Assembly (NCBI RefSeq): GCF_009914755.1
Contig: NC_060948.1
Source: the human T2T-CHM13v2.0 reference genome, Homo sapiens
DNA length: 64,000 nt
Direction: 5' to 3' (one strand)
Shown here piece after piece: positions 18,804 through 38,151 of the stretch. The notes beneath the pieces are model-generated. The model saw only the letters and a program-made list of their open reading frames with translations. It did not search any database and had not been told where the DNA came from. The translations under genes were made by a program, and so were the position numbers. How positions within the stretch are numbered: position 1 is the first letter of the stretch; the number at the start of each line of letters is the position of its first letter.

Positions 18804-20908
18804 AGATCCATATTTTTTAAATGAAAAAAAATTTCAAAGGTACTCTGCTTGGTACAATAATCAAATGTATAAACTGAGGAATAAAACATAACCATGAAAC
18901 CTACTTATAACTGCATATGGAAAATACAGAGGATAATTTTTTAAATAACATATTTTGAAAGCCTTAACTAGTAATTTGAAGAGTTGGCATTTGAAAGGCC
19001 AGTATGAATATACCTTCAAAGCAGCAACACAGGTTCCCCATGAGAAAAAGCAAACACAGGGAAAACAAAAACACAAAGGTTGAATCTCTTCTGACCTTTG
19101 AAAGACACAGCACAGACAGTGGTCCTTAGGACGAAGAGCAGGAGACCCCTAATTCCGTCACCATGGCGATAGGGCATAAACATTGCTGGGTGAGGGCACA
19201 ATCCACATTGTGAGGTCCAACTGCTGCCAGGAAGACAGGAGTGCTTTTACATAGACCGAAAGGTCATTGAAGGCTCAGAGTTTTGTTTCAAGAACTGAAT
19301 CCCAAGCCCACACGTTATTAGGCTGCGCTTCTTAAAACAAGTTATGAGATGGGAAAAAGGGCACCCACAAACATACGTATACATTACGTATATAATAATA
19401 TACAGTATCATATATATAATATATATAACCTATGTATAATATTGTTTTACATCCTGCATCTTATGTTATATATATTGTATAAAATATAATAATTGATAAT
19501 ATATAAGTTTTATAATTATACTATATGACATATAGTATATATTATAATTTATGACATATATAATATATGTTATATGTCATATATAGAATATATTATACGG
19601 TTAATATACGTATTAAATATAAATTATACATTATATATATTATATATAATATATCTGTTATATATAATACCCATTATGAATAATATATATATTATGTCTA
19701 TGTTATATATAGTATAAAACAACATATAATAATATATAATTGTATATATAAAATGCGACATATAATATATATTATATTTTATAACATATGTAATATATAT
19801 TATATATTATATATAATACGTTGTATGTATAATACCTATATTAAATATATATTATATGACTATGTTATTAATTACATGTCACATGTGTTATATATTATAT
19901 ATTTTACATAGAATATACCGGTTACATACAATATATACTATGTTACCTATAATGTATAATTTATTACATGTAAAATAAAGAATGCAATATATTATGTATA
20001 ATTTATAATATACAATATGTGGAATGTGATATATATAACATATAATATATGATATATGATATACAGTATATGATATATAACATACAATATATGATTCCTA
20101 ATATATATGGTATACAATATATATTTTATGATATGTATTCTATATGTTTTATATTCTGTTATATATAACTATTTGAAATTATATATAACTGTATAATATT
20201 TTATGTAAATATGTAATATAATATATATAAATATATAATATATTATATATAACTATATATTATGTTATATATACTTTTATAACATAATTTACATAAAATA
20301 TCCTAATATAATATATATTATATTATTTCATATTACATAATATATAATACATATCACCCAATATAACTAACATACATAATATTATAATATAGATTATATT
20401 ATGTTATATTAAATATCATATATATCATGTATCATATATTCTATAATATATATTACACATTATATAATATATATGTTGTCTATTATGTGATATATATAAC
20501 TATATATATAATTATATTTTTATACATATAACTAGATAAACATGTAATTCTACATATTTTCATTTATAATATGTAGAATTATATAATCATATATAATTAT
20601 TTATATTCTATAAAAAATTTTATCATTATATAAATTATAATATATAAAAATTATAATATGTACTACAAATATATATATTATATATCATATATGCTATAGT
20701 ACCTTTGTTATATATCATAATACATATAAATGTGTATTATGTTATCTATAATTATATAATTTCATATATAAGTTGTATAATATGTATCATATATTATATA
20801 TGTTATGTAATATATATAGTATATATAAGATGACACAGGATAAATATTATATACTATGACATATAAAATATATGAGGTTATATGTTACATATAAGGCATA
20901 GCACATAA

Positions 20909-21223
<315 letters not shown>

Positions 21224-23328
21224 AGATCCATATTTTTTAAATGAAAAAAAATTTCAAAGGTACTCTGCTTGGTACAATAATCAAATGTATAAACTGAGGA
21301 ATAAAACATAACCATGAAACCTACTTATAACTGCATATGGAAAATACAGAGGATAATTTTTTAAATAACATATTTTGAAAGCCTTAACTAGTAATTTGAA
21401 GAGTTGGCATTTGAAAGGCCAGTATGAATATGCCTTCAAAGCAGCAACACAGGTTCCCCATGAGAAAAAGCAAACACAGGGAAAATAAAAACACAAAGGT
21501 TCAATCTCTTCTGACCTTTGAAAGACACAGCACAGACAGTGGTCCTTAGGACGAAGAGCAGGAGACCCCTAATTCCGTCACCATGGCGATAGGGCATAAA
21601 CATTGCTGGGTGAGGGCACAATCCACATTGTGAGGTCCAACTGCTGCCAGGAAGACAGGAGTGCTTTTACATAGACCGAAAGGTCATTGAAGGCTCAGAG
21701 TTTTGTTTCAAGAACTGAATCCCAAGCCCACACGATATTAGGCTGCGCTTCTTAAAACAAGTTATGAGATGGGAAAAAGGGCACCCACAAACATACGTAT
21801 ACATTATGTATATAATAATATACAGTATCATATATATAATATATATAACCTATGTATAATATTGTTTTACATCCTGCATCTAATGTTATATATATTGTAT
21901 AAAATATAATAATTGATAATATATAAGTTTTATAATTATACAATATGACATATAGTATATATTATAATTTATGACATATATAATATATGTTATATGTCAT
22001 TTATAGAATATATTATACGGTTAATATACGTATTAAATATAAATTATACATTATATATATTATATATAATATATCTGTTATATATAATACCCATTATGCA
22101 TAATATATATATTATGTCTATGTTATATATAGCATAAAACAACATATAATAATATATAATTTTATATATATAATGCGACATATAATATATATTATATTTT
22201 ATTACATATGTAATATATATTATATATTATATATAATACGTTGTATGTATAATACCTATATTAAATATATATTATATGACTATGTTATTAATTACATGTC
22301 ACATGCGTTATATATTATATATTTTATATAGAATATACCGGTTACATACAATATATACTATGTTACCTATAATGTATAATTTATTACATGTAAAACAAAG
22401 AATGCAATATATTATGTAAAATTTATAGTATACCATATGTGGAATGTGATATATATAACATATAATATATGATATATGATGTACAGTATATGATATATAA
22501 CATACAATATATGATTCCTAATATATATGGTATACAATATATATTTTATGTTATGTATTCTATATGTTTTATATTCTGTTATATATAACTATTTGAAATT
22601 ATATATAACTGTATAATATTTTATGTAAATATGTAATATAATATATATAACTATATAATATATTATATATAACTATATATTATGTTATATATACTTTTAT
22701 AACATAATTTACATAAAATATCATAATATAATATATGTTATATTATTTCATATTACATAATATATATTACATATCACCCAATATAACTAACATACATAAT
22801 ATTATAATATAGATTATATTATGTTATATTAAATATCATATATATCATGTATCATATATTCTATAATATATATTACACATTATATAATATGTATGTTGTC
22901 TATTATGTGATATATATAACTATATATATAATTATATTTTTATACATATAACTAGATAAACATGTAATTCTACATATTTTCATTTATAATATGTAGAATT
23001 ATAAAATCATATATAATTATTTATATTCTATAAAAAATTTTATCATTATATAAATTATAATATATAAAAATTATAATATGTACTACAAATATATATATTA
23101 TATATCATATATGATATAGTACCTTTGTTATATTTCATAATACATATAAATGTGTATTATGTTATCTATAATTATATAATTTCATATATAAGATGTATAA
23201 TGTGTATCATATATTATATATGTTATGTAATATATATAGTATATATAAGATGACACAGGATAAATATTATATACTATGACATATAAAATATATGAGGTTA
23301 TATGTTACATATAAGGCATAGCACATAA

Positions 23329-23643
<315 letters not shown>

Positions 23644-25769
23644 AGATCCATATTTTTTAAATGAAAAAAAATTTCAAAGGTACTCTGCTTGGTACAATAA
23701 TCAAATGTATAAACTGAGGAATAAAACATAACCATGAAACCTACTTATAACTGCATATGGAAAATACAGAGGATAATTTTTTAAATAACATATTTTGAAA
23801 GCCTTAACTAGTAATTTGAAGAGTTGGCATTTGAAAGGCCAGTATGAATATACCTTCAAAGCAGCAACACAGGTTCCCCATGAGAAAAAGCAAACACAGG
23901 GAAAATAAAAACACAAAGGTTCAATCTCTTCTGACCTTTGAAAGACACAGCACAGACAGTGGTCCTTAGGACGAAGAGCAGGAGACCCCTAATTCCGTCA
24001 CCATGGCGATAGGGCATAAACATTGCTGGGTGAGGGCACAATCCACATTGTGAGGTCCAACTGCTGCCAGGAAGACAGGAGTGCTTTTACATAGACCGAA
24101 AGGTCATTGAAGGCTCAGAGTTTTGTTTCAAGAACTGAATCCCAAGCCCACACGTTATTAGGCTGCGCTTCTTAAAACAAGTTATGAGATGGGAAAAAGG
24201 GCACCCAGAAACATACGTATACATTATGTATATAATAATATACAGTATCATATATATAATATATATAACCTATGTATAATATTGTTTTACATCCTGCATC
24301 TTATGTTATATATATTGTATAAAATATAATAATTGATAATATATAAGTTTTATAATTATACAATATGACATATAGTATATATTATAATTTATGACATATA
24401 TAATATATGTTATATGTCATATATAGAATATATTATACGGTTAATATACGTATTAAATATAAATTATACATTATATATATTATATATAATATATCTGTTA
24501 TATATAATACCCATTATGCATAATATATATATTATGTCTATGTTATATATAGTATAAAACAACATATAATAATATATAATTGTATATATAAAATGCGACA
24601 TATAATATATATTATATTTTATAACATATGTAATATATATTATATATTATATATAATACGTTGTCTGTATAATACCTATATTAAATATATATTATATGAC
24701 TATGTTATTAATTACATGTCACATGTGTTATATATTATATATTTTACATAGAATATACCGGTTACATACAATATATACTATGTTACCTATAATGTATAAT
24801 TTATTACATGTAAAATAAAGAATGCAATATATTATGTAAAATTTATAATATACCATATGTGGAATGTGATATATATAACATATAATATATGATATATGAT
24901 ATACAGTATATGATATATAACATACAATATATGATTCCTAATATATATGGTATACAATATATATTTTATGATATGTATTCTTTATGTTTTATATTCTGTT
25001 ATATATAACTATTTGAAATTATATATAACTGTATAATATTTTATGTAAATATGTAATATAATATATATAACTATATAATATATTATATATAACTATATAT
25101 TATGTTATATATACTTTTATAACATAATTTACATAAAATATCATAATATAATATATATTATATTATTTCATATTACATAATATATATTACATATCACCCA
25201 ATATAACTAACATACATAATATTATAATATAGATTATATTATGTTATATTAAATATCATATATATCATGTATCATATATTCTATAATATATATTACACAT
25301 TATATAATATGTATGTTGTCTATTATGTGATATATATAACTATATATAATTATATTTTTATACATATAACTAGATAAACATGTAATTCTACATATTTTCG
25401 TTTATAATATGTAGAATTATATAATCATATATAATTATTTATATTCTATAAAAAATTTTATCATTATATAAATTATAATATATAAAAATTATAATATGTA
25501 CTACAAATATATATATTATATATCATATATGCTATAGTACCTTTGTTATATATCATAATACATATAAATGTGTATTATGTTATCTATAATTATATAATTT
25601 CATATATAAGATGTATAATGTGTATCATATATTATATATGTTATGTAATCTATATAGTATATATAAGATGACACAGGATAAATATTATATACTATGACAT
25701 ATAAAATATATGAGGTTATATGTTACATATAAGGCATAGCACATAACATGTAATATATATCATATATAA

Positions 25770-26061
25770 TTTTTTTTTAGACAGAATCTTGTCCTGTTGC
25801 ACAGGGTGGGGTACAATGGCGCCATCTTTGCTCACTGCATCTTCTGCCTCACGGGTCCAAGCGATTGTCCTCCCTCAGCCTCCCAGGTAGCTGGGACTAC
25901 ACCACACTGGGACTACACCAGCTGCCACCATGCCTAGCTAATTATTTGGATTTTTAGTAGTGACAGCGTTTCACTGTATTGGCCAGGATGGTCTTGACCT
26001 CTTCACCTTGTGATCCCCTTGTCTTGGCCTCCAAATTTGCTGTGATTACAGGCCTGAGCCA
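25770..26061 (-). mobile_element. Alu copy, unit 11 (24189-26606)
   Basis: Same Alu; A-type variants TGCATCTTC, TTGACCTC. Confidence 0.93.
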
Positions 26062-28163
26062 AGATCCATATTTTTTAAATGAAAAAAAATTTCAAAGGTA
26101 CTCTGCTTGGTACAATAATCAAATGTATAAACTGAGGAATAAAACATAACCATGAAACCTACTTATAACTGCATATGGAAAATACAGAGGATAATTTTTT
26201 AAATAACATATTTTGAAAGCCTTAACTAGTAATTTGAAGAGCTGGCATTTGAAAGGCCAGTATGAATATACCTTCAAAGCAGCAACACAGGTTCCCCATG
26301 AGAAAAAGCAAACACAGGGAAAATAAAACCACAAAGGTTCAATCTCTACTGACCTTTGAAAGACACAGCACAGACAGTGGTCCTTAGGACGAAGAGCAGG
26401 AGACCCCTAATTCCGTCACCATGGCGATAGGGCATAAACATTGCTGGGTGAGGGCACAATCCACATTGTGAGGTCCAACTGCTGCCAGGAAGACAGGAGT
26501 GCTTTTACATAGACCGAAAGGTCATTGAAGGCTCAGAGTTTTCTTTCAAGAACTGAATCCCAAGCCCACACGTTATTAGGCTGCGCTTCTTAAAACAAGT
26601 TATGAGATGGGAAAAAGGGCACCCACAAACATACGTATACATTATGTATATAATAATATACAGTATCATATATATAATATATATAACCTATGTATAATAT
26701 TGTTTTACATCCTGCATCTTATGTTATATATATTGTATAAAATATAATAATTGATAATATATAAGTTTTATAATTATACAATATGACATATAGTATATAT
26801 TATAATTTATGACATATATAATATATGTTATATGTCATATATAGAATATATTATACGGTTAATATACGTATTAAATATAAATTATACATTATATATATTA
26901 TATATAATATATCTGTTATATATAATACCCATTATGCATAATATATATATTATGTCTATGTTATATATAGTATAAAACAACATATAATAATATATAATTG
27001 TATATATAAAATGCGACATATAATATATATTATATTTTATAACATATGTAATATATATTATATATTATATATAATACGTTGTATGTATAATACCTATATT
27101 AAATATATATTATATGACTATGTTATTAATTACATGTCACATGTGTTATATATTATATATTTTACATAGAATATACCGGTTACATACAATATATACTATG
27201 TTACCTATAATGTATAATTTATTACATGTAAAATAAAGAATGCAATATATTATGTATAATTTATAATATACCATATGTGGAATGTGATATATATAACATA
27301 TAATATATGATATATGATATACAGTATATGATATATAACATACAATATATGATTCCTAATATATATGGTATACAATATATATTTTATGATATGTATTCTA
27401 TATGTTTTATATTCTGTTATATATAACTATTTGAAATTATATATAACTGTATATTTTATGTAAATATGTAATATAATATATATAACTATATAATATATTA
27501 TATATAACTATATATTATGTTATATATACTTTTATAACATAATTTACATAAAATATCATAATATAATATATATTATATTATTTCATATTACATAATATAT
27601 ATTACATATCACCCAATATAACTAACATACATAATATTATAATATAGATTATATTATGTTATATTAAATATCATATATATCATGTATTATATATTCTATA
27701 ATATATATTACACATTATATAATATGTATGTTGTCTATTATGTGATATATATAACTATATATATAATTATATTTTTATACATATAACTAGATAAACATGT
27801 AATTCTACATATTTTCATTTATAATATGTAGAATTATAAAATCATATATAATTATTTATATTCTATAAAAAATTTTATCATTATATAAATTATAATATTT
27901 AAAAATTATAATATGTACTACAAATATATATATTATATATCATATATGATATAGTACCTTTGTTATATTTCATAATACATATAAATGTGTATTATGTTAT
28001 CTATAATTATATAATTTCATATATAAGATGTATAATGTGTATCATATATTATATATGTTATGTAATATATATAGTATATATAAGATGACACAGGATAAAT
28101 ATTATATACTATGACATATAAAATATATGAGGTTATATGTTACATATAAGGCATAGCACATAA

Positions 28164-28478
<315 letters not shown>

Positions 28479-30604
28479 AGATCCATATTTTTTAAATGAA
28501 AAAAAATTTCAAAGGTACTCTGCTTGGTACAATAATCAAATGTATAAACTGAGGAATAAAACATAACCATGAAACCTACTTATAACTGCATATGGAAAAT
28601 ACAGAGGATAATTTTTTAAATAACATATTTTGAAAGCCTTAACTAGTAATTTGAAGAGTTGGCATTTGAAAGGCCAGTATGAATATACCTTCAAAGCAGC
28701 AACACAGGTTCCCCATGAGAAAAAGCAAACACAGGGAAAATAAAAACACAAAGGTTCAATCTCTTCTGACCTTTGAAAGACACAGCACAGACAGTGGTCC
28801 TTAGGACGAAGAGCAGGAGACCCCTAATTCCGTCACCATGGCGATAGGGCATAAACATTGCTGGGTGAGGGCACAATCCACATTGTGAGGTCCAACTGCT
28901 GCCAGGAAGACAGGAGTGCTTTTACATAGACCGAAAGGTCATTGAAGGCTCAGAGTTTTGTTTCAAGAACTGAATCCCAAGCCCACACGTTATTAGGCTG
29001 CGCTTCTTAAAACAAGTTATGAGATGGGAAAAAGGGCACCCACAAACATACGTATACATTATGTATATAATAATATACAGTATCATATATATAATATATA
29101 TAACCTATGTATAATATTGTTTTACATCCTGCATCTTAGGTTATATATATTGTATAAAATATAATAATTGATAATATATAAGTTTTATAATTATACAATA
29201 TGACATATAGTATATATTATAATTTATGACATATATAATATATGTTATATGTCATATATAGAATATATTATACGGTTAATATACGTATTAAATATAAATT
29301 ATACATTATATATATTATATATAATATATCTGTTATATATAATACCCATTATGCATAATATATATATTATGTCTATGTTATATATAGTATAAAACAACAT
29401 ATAATAATATATAATTGTATATATAAAATGCGACATATAATATATATTATATTTTATAACATATGTAATATATATTATATATTATATATAATACGTTGTC
29501 TGTATAATACCTATATTAAATATATATTATATGACTATGTTATTAATTACATGTCACATGTGTTATATATTATATATTTTACATAGAATATACCGGTTAC
29601 ATACAATATATACTATGTTACCTATAATGTATAATTTATTACATGTAAAATAAAGAATGCAATATATTATGTAAAATTTATAATATACCATATGTGGAAT
29701 GTGATATATATAACATATAATATATGATATATGATATACAGTATATTATATATAACATACAATATATGATTCCTAATATATATGGTATACAATATATATT
29801 TTATGATATGTATTCTTTATGTTTTATATTCTGTTATATATAACTATTTGAAATTATATATAACTGTATAATATTTTATGTAAATATGTAATATAATATA
29901 TATAACTATATAATATATTATATATAACTATATATTATGTTATATATACTTTTATAACATAATTTACATAAAATATCATAATATAATATATATTATATTA
30001 TTTCATATTACATAATATATATTACATATCACCCAATATAACTAACATACATAATATTATAATATAGATTATATTATGTTATATTAAATATCATATATAT
30101 CATGTATCATATATTCTATAATATATATTACACATTATATAATATGTATGTTGTCTATTATGTGATATATATAACTATATATAATTATATTTTTATACAT
30201 ATAACTAGATAAACATGTAATTCTACATATTTTCGTTTATAATATGTAGAATTATATAATCATATATAATTATTTATATTCTATAAAAAATTTTATCATT
30301 ATATAAATTATAATATATAAAAATTATAATATGTACTACAAATATATATATTATATATCATATATGCTATAGTACCTTTGTTATATATCATAATACATAT
30401 AAATGTGTATTATGTTATCTATAATTATATAATTTCATATATAAGATGTATAATGTGTATCATATATTATATATGTTATGTAATCTATATAGTATATATA
30501 AGATGACACAGGATAAATATTATATACTATGACATATAAAATATATGAGGTTATATGTTACATATAAGGCATAGCACATAACATGTAATATATATCATAT
30601 ATAA

Positions 30605-30896
30605 TTTTTTTTTAGACAGAATCTTGTCCTGTTGCACAGGGTGGGGTACAATGGCGCCATCTTTGCTCACTGCATCTTCTGCCTCACGGGTCCAAGCGAT
30701 TGTCCTCCCTCAGCCTCCCAGGTAGCTGGGAATACACCACACTGGGACTACACCAGCTGCCACCATGCCTAGCTAATTATTTGGATTTTTAGTAGTGACA
30801 GCGTTTCACTGTATTGGCCAGGATGGTCTTGACCTCTTCACCTTGTGATCCCCTTGCCTTGGCCTCCAAATTTGCTGGGATTACAGGCCTGAGCCA
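30605..30896 (-). mobile_element. Alu copy, unit 13 (29024-31441)
   Basis: Same Alu; A-type variants. Confidence 0.93.
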
Positions 30897-33024
30897 AGAT
30901 CCATATTTTTTAAATGAAAAAAAATTTCAAAGGTACTCTGCTTGGTACAATAATCAAATGTATAAACTGAGGAATAAAACATAACCATGAAACCTACTTA
31001 TAACTGCATATGGAAAATACAGAGGATAATTTTTTAAATAACATATTTTGAAAGCCTTAACTAGTAATTTGAAGAGCTGGCATTTGAAAGGCCAGTATGA
31101 ATATACCTTCAAAGCAGCAACACAGGTTCCCCATGAGAAAAAGCAAACACAGGGAAAATAAAACCACAAAGGTTCAATCTCTACTGACCTTTGAAAGACA
31201 CAGCACAGACAGTGGTCCTTAGGACGAAGAGCAGGAGACCCCTAATTCCGTCACCATGGCGATAGGGCATAAACATTGCTGGGTGAGGGCACAATCCACA
31301 TTGTGAGGTCCAACTGCTGCCAGGAAGACAGGAGTGCTTTTACATAGACCGAAAGGTCATTGAAGGCTCAGAGTTTTCTTTCAAGAACTGAATCCCAAGC
31401 CCACACGTTATTAGGCTGCGCTTCTTAAAACAAGTTATGAGATGGGAAAAAGGGCACCCACAAACATACGTATACATTATGTATATAATAATATACAGTA
31501 TCATATATATAATATATATAACCTATGTATAATATTGTTTTACATCCTGCATCTTATGTTATATATATTGTATAAAATATAATAATTGATAATATATAAG
31601 TTTTATAATTATACAATATGACATATAGTATATATTATAATTTATGACATATATAATATATGTTATATGTCATATATAGAATATATTATACGGTTAATAT
31701 ACGTATTAAATATAAATTATACATTATATATATTATATATAATATATCTGTTATATATAATACCAATTATGCATAATATATATATTATGTCTATGTTATA
31801 TATAGTATAAAACAACATATAATAATATATAATTGTATATATAAAATGCGACATATAATATATATTATATTTTATAACATATGTAATATATATTATATAT
31901 TATATATAATACGTTGTATGTATAATACCTATATTAAATATATATTATATGACTATGTTATTAATTACATGTCACATGTGTTATATATTATATATTTTAC
32001 ATAGAATATGCCGGTTACATACAATATATACTATGTTACCTATAATGTATAATTTATTACATGTAAAATAAAGAATGCAATATATTATGTAAAATTTATA
32101 ATATACCATATGTGGAATGTGATATATATAACATTTAATATATGATATATGATGTACAGTATATGATATATAACATACAATATATGATTCCTAATATATA
32201 TGGTATACAATATATATTTTATGATATGTATTCTATATGTTTTATATTCTGTTATATATAACTATTTGAAATTATATATAACTGTATAATATTTTATGTA
32301 AATATGTAATATAATATATATAACTATATAATATATTATATATAACTATATATTATGTTATATATACTTTTATAACATAATTTACATAAAATATCATAAT
32401 ATAATATATATTATATTATTTCATATTACATAAAATATATTACATATCACCCAATATAACTAACATACATAATATTATAATATAGATTATATTATGTTAT
32501 AATAAATATCATATATATCATATATCATATATTCTATAATATATATTACACATTATATAATATGTATGTTGTCTATTATGTGATATATATAACTATATAT
32601 ATAATTATATTTGTATACATATAACTAGATAAACATGTAATTCTACATATTTTCATTTATAATATGTAGAATTATATAATCATATATAATTATTTATATT
32701 CTATAAAAAATTTTATCATTATATAAATTATAATATATAAAAATTATAATATGTACTACAAATATATATATTATATATCATATATGATATAGTACCTTTG
32801 TTATATATCATAATACATATAAATGTGTATTATGTTATCTATAATTATATAATTTCATATATAAGTTGTATAATATGTATCATATATTATATATGTTATG
32901 TAATATATATAGTATATATAAGATGACACAGGATAAATATTATATACTATGACATATAAAATATATGAGGTTATATGTTACATATAAGGCATAGCACATA
33001 ACATGTAATATATATCATATATAA

Positions 33025-33316
33025 TTTTTTTTTAGACAGAATCTTGTCCTGTTGCACAGGGTGGGGTACAATGGCGCCATCTTTGCTCACTGCAAATTCT
33101 GCCTCACGGGTCCAAGCGATTGTCCTCCCTCAGCCTCCCAGGTAGCTGGGACTACACCACACTGGGACTACACCAGCTGCCACCATGCCTAGCTAATTAT
33201 TTGGATTTTTAGTAGTGACAGCGTTTCACTGTATTGGCCAGGATGGTCTTGATCTCTTCACCTTGTGATCCCCTTGCCTTGGCCTCCAAATTTGCTGGGA
33301 TTACAGGCCTGAGCCA
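33025..33316 (-). mobile_element. Alu copy, unit 14 (31442-33861)
   Basis: Same Alu; D-type variant TGCAAATTC. Confidence 0.93.
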
Positions 33317-35444
33317 AGATCCGTATTTTTTAAATGAAAAAAAATTTCAAAGGTACTCTGCTTGGTACAATAATCAAATGTATAAACTGAGGAATAAAAC
33401 ATAACCATGAAACCTACTTATAACTGCATATGGAAAATACAGAGGATAATTTTTTAAATAACATATTTTGAAAGCCTTAACTAGTAATTTGAAGAGTTGG
33501 CATTTGAAAGGCCAGTATGAATATACCTTCAAAGCAGCAACACAGGTTCCCCATGAGAAAAAGCAAACACAGGGAAAATAAAAACACAAAGGTTCAATCT
33601 CTTCTGACCTTTGAAAGACACAGCACAGACAGTGGTCCTTAGGACGAAGAGCAGGAGACCCCTAATTCCGTCACCATGGCGATAGGGCATAAACATTGCT
33701 GGGTGAGGGCACAATCCACATTGTGAGGTCCAACTGCTGCCAGGAAGACAGGAGTGCTTTTACATAGACCGAAAGGTCATTGAAGGCTCAGAGTTTTGTT
33801 TCAAGAACTGAATCCCAAGCCCACACGTTATTAGGCTGCGCTTCTTAAAACAAGTTATGAGATGGGAAAAAGGGCACCCACAAACATACGTATACATTAT
33901 GTATATAATAATATACAGTATCATATATATAATATATATAACCTATGTATAATATTGTTTTACATCCTGCATCTAATGTTATATATTTTGTATAAAATAT
34001 AATAATTGATAATATATAAGTTTTATAATTATACAATATGACATATAGTATATATTATAATTTATGACATATATAATATATGTTATATGTCATATATAGA
34101 ATATATTATACGGTTAATATACGTATTAAATATAAATTATACATTATATATATTATATATAATATATCTGTTATATATAATACCCATTATGCATAATATA
34201 TATATTATGTCTATGTTATATATAGTATAAAACAACATATAATAATATATAATTGTATATATAAAATGCGACATATAATATATATTATATTTTATAACAT
34301 ATGTAATATATATTATATATTATATATAATACGTTGTATGTATAATACCTATATTAAATATATATTATATGACTATGTTATTAATTACATGTCACATGTG
34401 TTATATATTATATATTTTACATAGAATATACCGGTTACATACAATATATACTATGTTACCTATAATGTATAATTTATTACATGTAAAATAAAGAATGCAA
34501 TATATTATGTATAATTTATAATATACCATATGTGGAATGTGATATATATAACATATAATATATGATATATGATATACAGTATATGATATATAACATACAA
34601 TATATGATTCCTAATATATATGGTATACAATATATATTTTATGATATGTATTCTATATGTTTTATATTCTGTTATATATAACTATTTGAAATTATATATA
34701 ACTGTATAATATTTTATGTAAATATGTAATATAATATATATAACTATATAATATATTATATATAACTATATATTATGTTATATATACTTTTATAACATAA
34801 TTTACATAAAATATCATAATATAATATATATTATATTATTTCATATTACATAATATATATTACATATCACCCAATAAAACTAACATACATAATATTATAA
34901 TATAGATTATATTGTGTTATATTAAATATCATATATATCATGTATCATATATTCTATAATATATATTACACATTATATAATATGTATGTTGTCTATTATG
35001 TGATATATATAACTATATATATAATTATATTTTTATACATATAACTAGATAAACATGTAATTCTACATATTTTCATTTATAATATGTATAATTATATAAT
35101 CATATATAATTATTTATATTCTATAAAAAATTTTATCATTATATAAATTATAATATATAAAAATTATAATATGTACTACAAATATATATATTATATATCA
35201 TATATGATATAGTACCTTTGTTATATTTCATAATACATATAAATGTGTATTATGTTATCTATAATTATATAATTTCATATATAAGATGTATAATATGTAT
35301 CATATATTATATATGTTATGTAATATATATAGTATATATAAGATGACACAGGATAAATATTATATACTATGACATATAAAATATATGAGGTTATATGTTA
35401 CATATAAGGCATAGCACAGAACATTTAATATATATCATATATAA

Positions 35445-35736
<292 letters not shown>

Positions 35737-37859
35737 AGATCCATATTTTTTAAATGAAAAAAAATTTCAAAGGTACTCTGCTTGGTACAATAATCAAATG
35801 TATAAACTGAGGAATAAAACATAACCATGAAACCTACTTATAACTGCATATGGAAAATACAGAGGATAATTTTTTAAATAACATATTTTGAAAGCCTTAA
35901 CTAGTAATTTGAAGAGTTGGCATTTGAAAGGCCAGTATGAATATACCTTCAAAGCAGCAACACAGGTTCCCCATGAGAAAAAGCAAACACAGGGAAAATA
36001 AAAACACAAAGGTTCAATCTCTTCTGACCTTTGAAAGACACAGCACAGACAGTGGTCCTTAGGACGAAGAGCAGGAGACCCCTAATTCCGTCACCATGGC
36101 GATAGGGCATAAACATTGCTGGGTGAGGGCACAATCCACATTGTGAGGTCCAACTGCTGCCAGGAAGACAGGAGTGCTTTTACATAGACCGAAAGGTCAT
36201 TGAAGGCTCAGAGTTTTGTTTCAAGAACTGAATCCCAAGCCCACACGTTATTAGGCTGCGCTTCTTAAAACAAGTTATGAGATGGGAAAAAGGGCACCCA
36301 CAAACATACGTATACATTATGTATATAATAATATACAGTATCATATATATAATATATATAACCTATGTATAATATTGTTTTACATCCTGCATCTTATGTT
36401 ATATATATTGTATAAAATATAATAATTGATAATATATAAGTTTTATAATTATACAATATGACATATAGTATATATTATAATTTATGACATATATAATATA
36501 TGTTATATGTCATATATAGAATATATTATACGGTTAATATACGTATTAAATATAAATTATACATTATATATATTATATATAATATATCTGTTATATATAA
36601 TACCCATTATGCATAATATATATATTATGTCTATGTTATATATAGTATAAAACAACATATAATAATATATAATTGTATATATAAAATGCGACATATAATA
36701 TATATTATATTTTATAACATATGTAATATATATTATATATTATATATAATACGTTGTCTGTATAATACCTATATTAAATATATATTATATGACTATGTTA
36801 TTAATTACATGTCACATGTGTTATATATTATATATTTTACATAGAATATACCGGTTACATACAATATATACTATGTTACCTATAATGTATAATTTATTAC
36901 ATGTAAAATAAAGAATGCAATATATTATGTAAAATTTATAATATACCATATGTGGAATGTGATATATATAACATATAATATATGATATATGATATACAGT
37001 ATATGATATATAACATACAATATATGATTCCTAATATATATGGTATACAATATATATTTTATGATATGTATTCTTTATGTTTTATATTCTGTTATATATA
37101 ACTATTTGAAATTATATATAACTGTATATTTTATGTAAATATGTAATATAATATATATAACTATATAATATATTATATATAACTATATATTATGTTATAT
37201 ATACTTTTATAACATAATTTACATAAAATATCATAATATAATATATATTATATTATTTCATATTACATAATATATATTACATATCACCCAATATAACTAA
37301 CATACATAATATTATAATATAGATTATATTATGTTATATTAAATATCATATATATCATGTATCATATATTCTATAATATATATTACACATTATATAATAT
37401 GTATGTTGTCTATTATGTGATATATATAACTATATATAATTATATTTTTATACATATAACTAGATAAACATGTAATTCTACATATTTTCGTTTATAATAT
37501 GTAGAATTATATAATCATATATAATTATTTATATTCTATAAAAAATTTTATCATTATATAAATTATAATATATAAAAATTATAATATGTACTACAAATAT
37601 ATATATTATATATCATATATGCTATAGTACCTTTGTTATATATCATAATACATATAAATGTGTATTATGTTATCTATAATTATATAATTTCATATATAAG
37701 ATGTATAATGTGTATCATATATTATATATGTTATGTAATCTATATAGTATATATAAGATGACACAGGATAAATATTATATACTATGACATATAAAATATA
37801 TGAGGTTATATGTTACATATAAGGCATAGCACATAACATGTAATATATATCATATATAA

Positions 37860-38151
37860 TTTTTTTTTAGACAGAATCTTGTCCTGTTGCACAGGGTGGG
37901 GTACAATGGCGCCATCTTTGCTCACTGCATCTTCTGCCTCACGGGTCCAAGCGATTGTCCTCCCTCAGCCTCCCAGGTAGCTGGGACTACACCACACTGG
38001 GACTACACCAGCTGCCACCATGCCTAGCTAATTATTTGGATTTTTAGTAGTGACAGCGTTTCACTGTATTGGCCAGGATGGTCTTGACCTCTTCACCTTT
38101 TGATCCCCTTGCCTTGGCCTCCAAATTTGCTGGGATTACAGGCCTGAGCCA
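37860..38151 (-). mobile_element. Alu copy, unit 16 (36282-38696)
   Basis: Same Alu; A-type variants. Confidence 0.93.
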
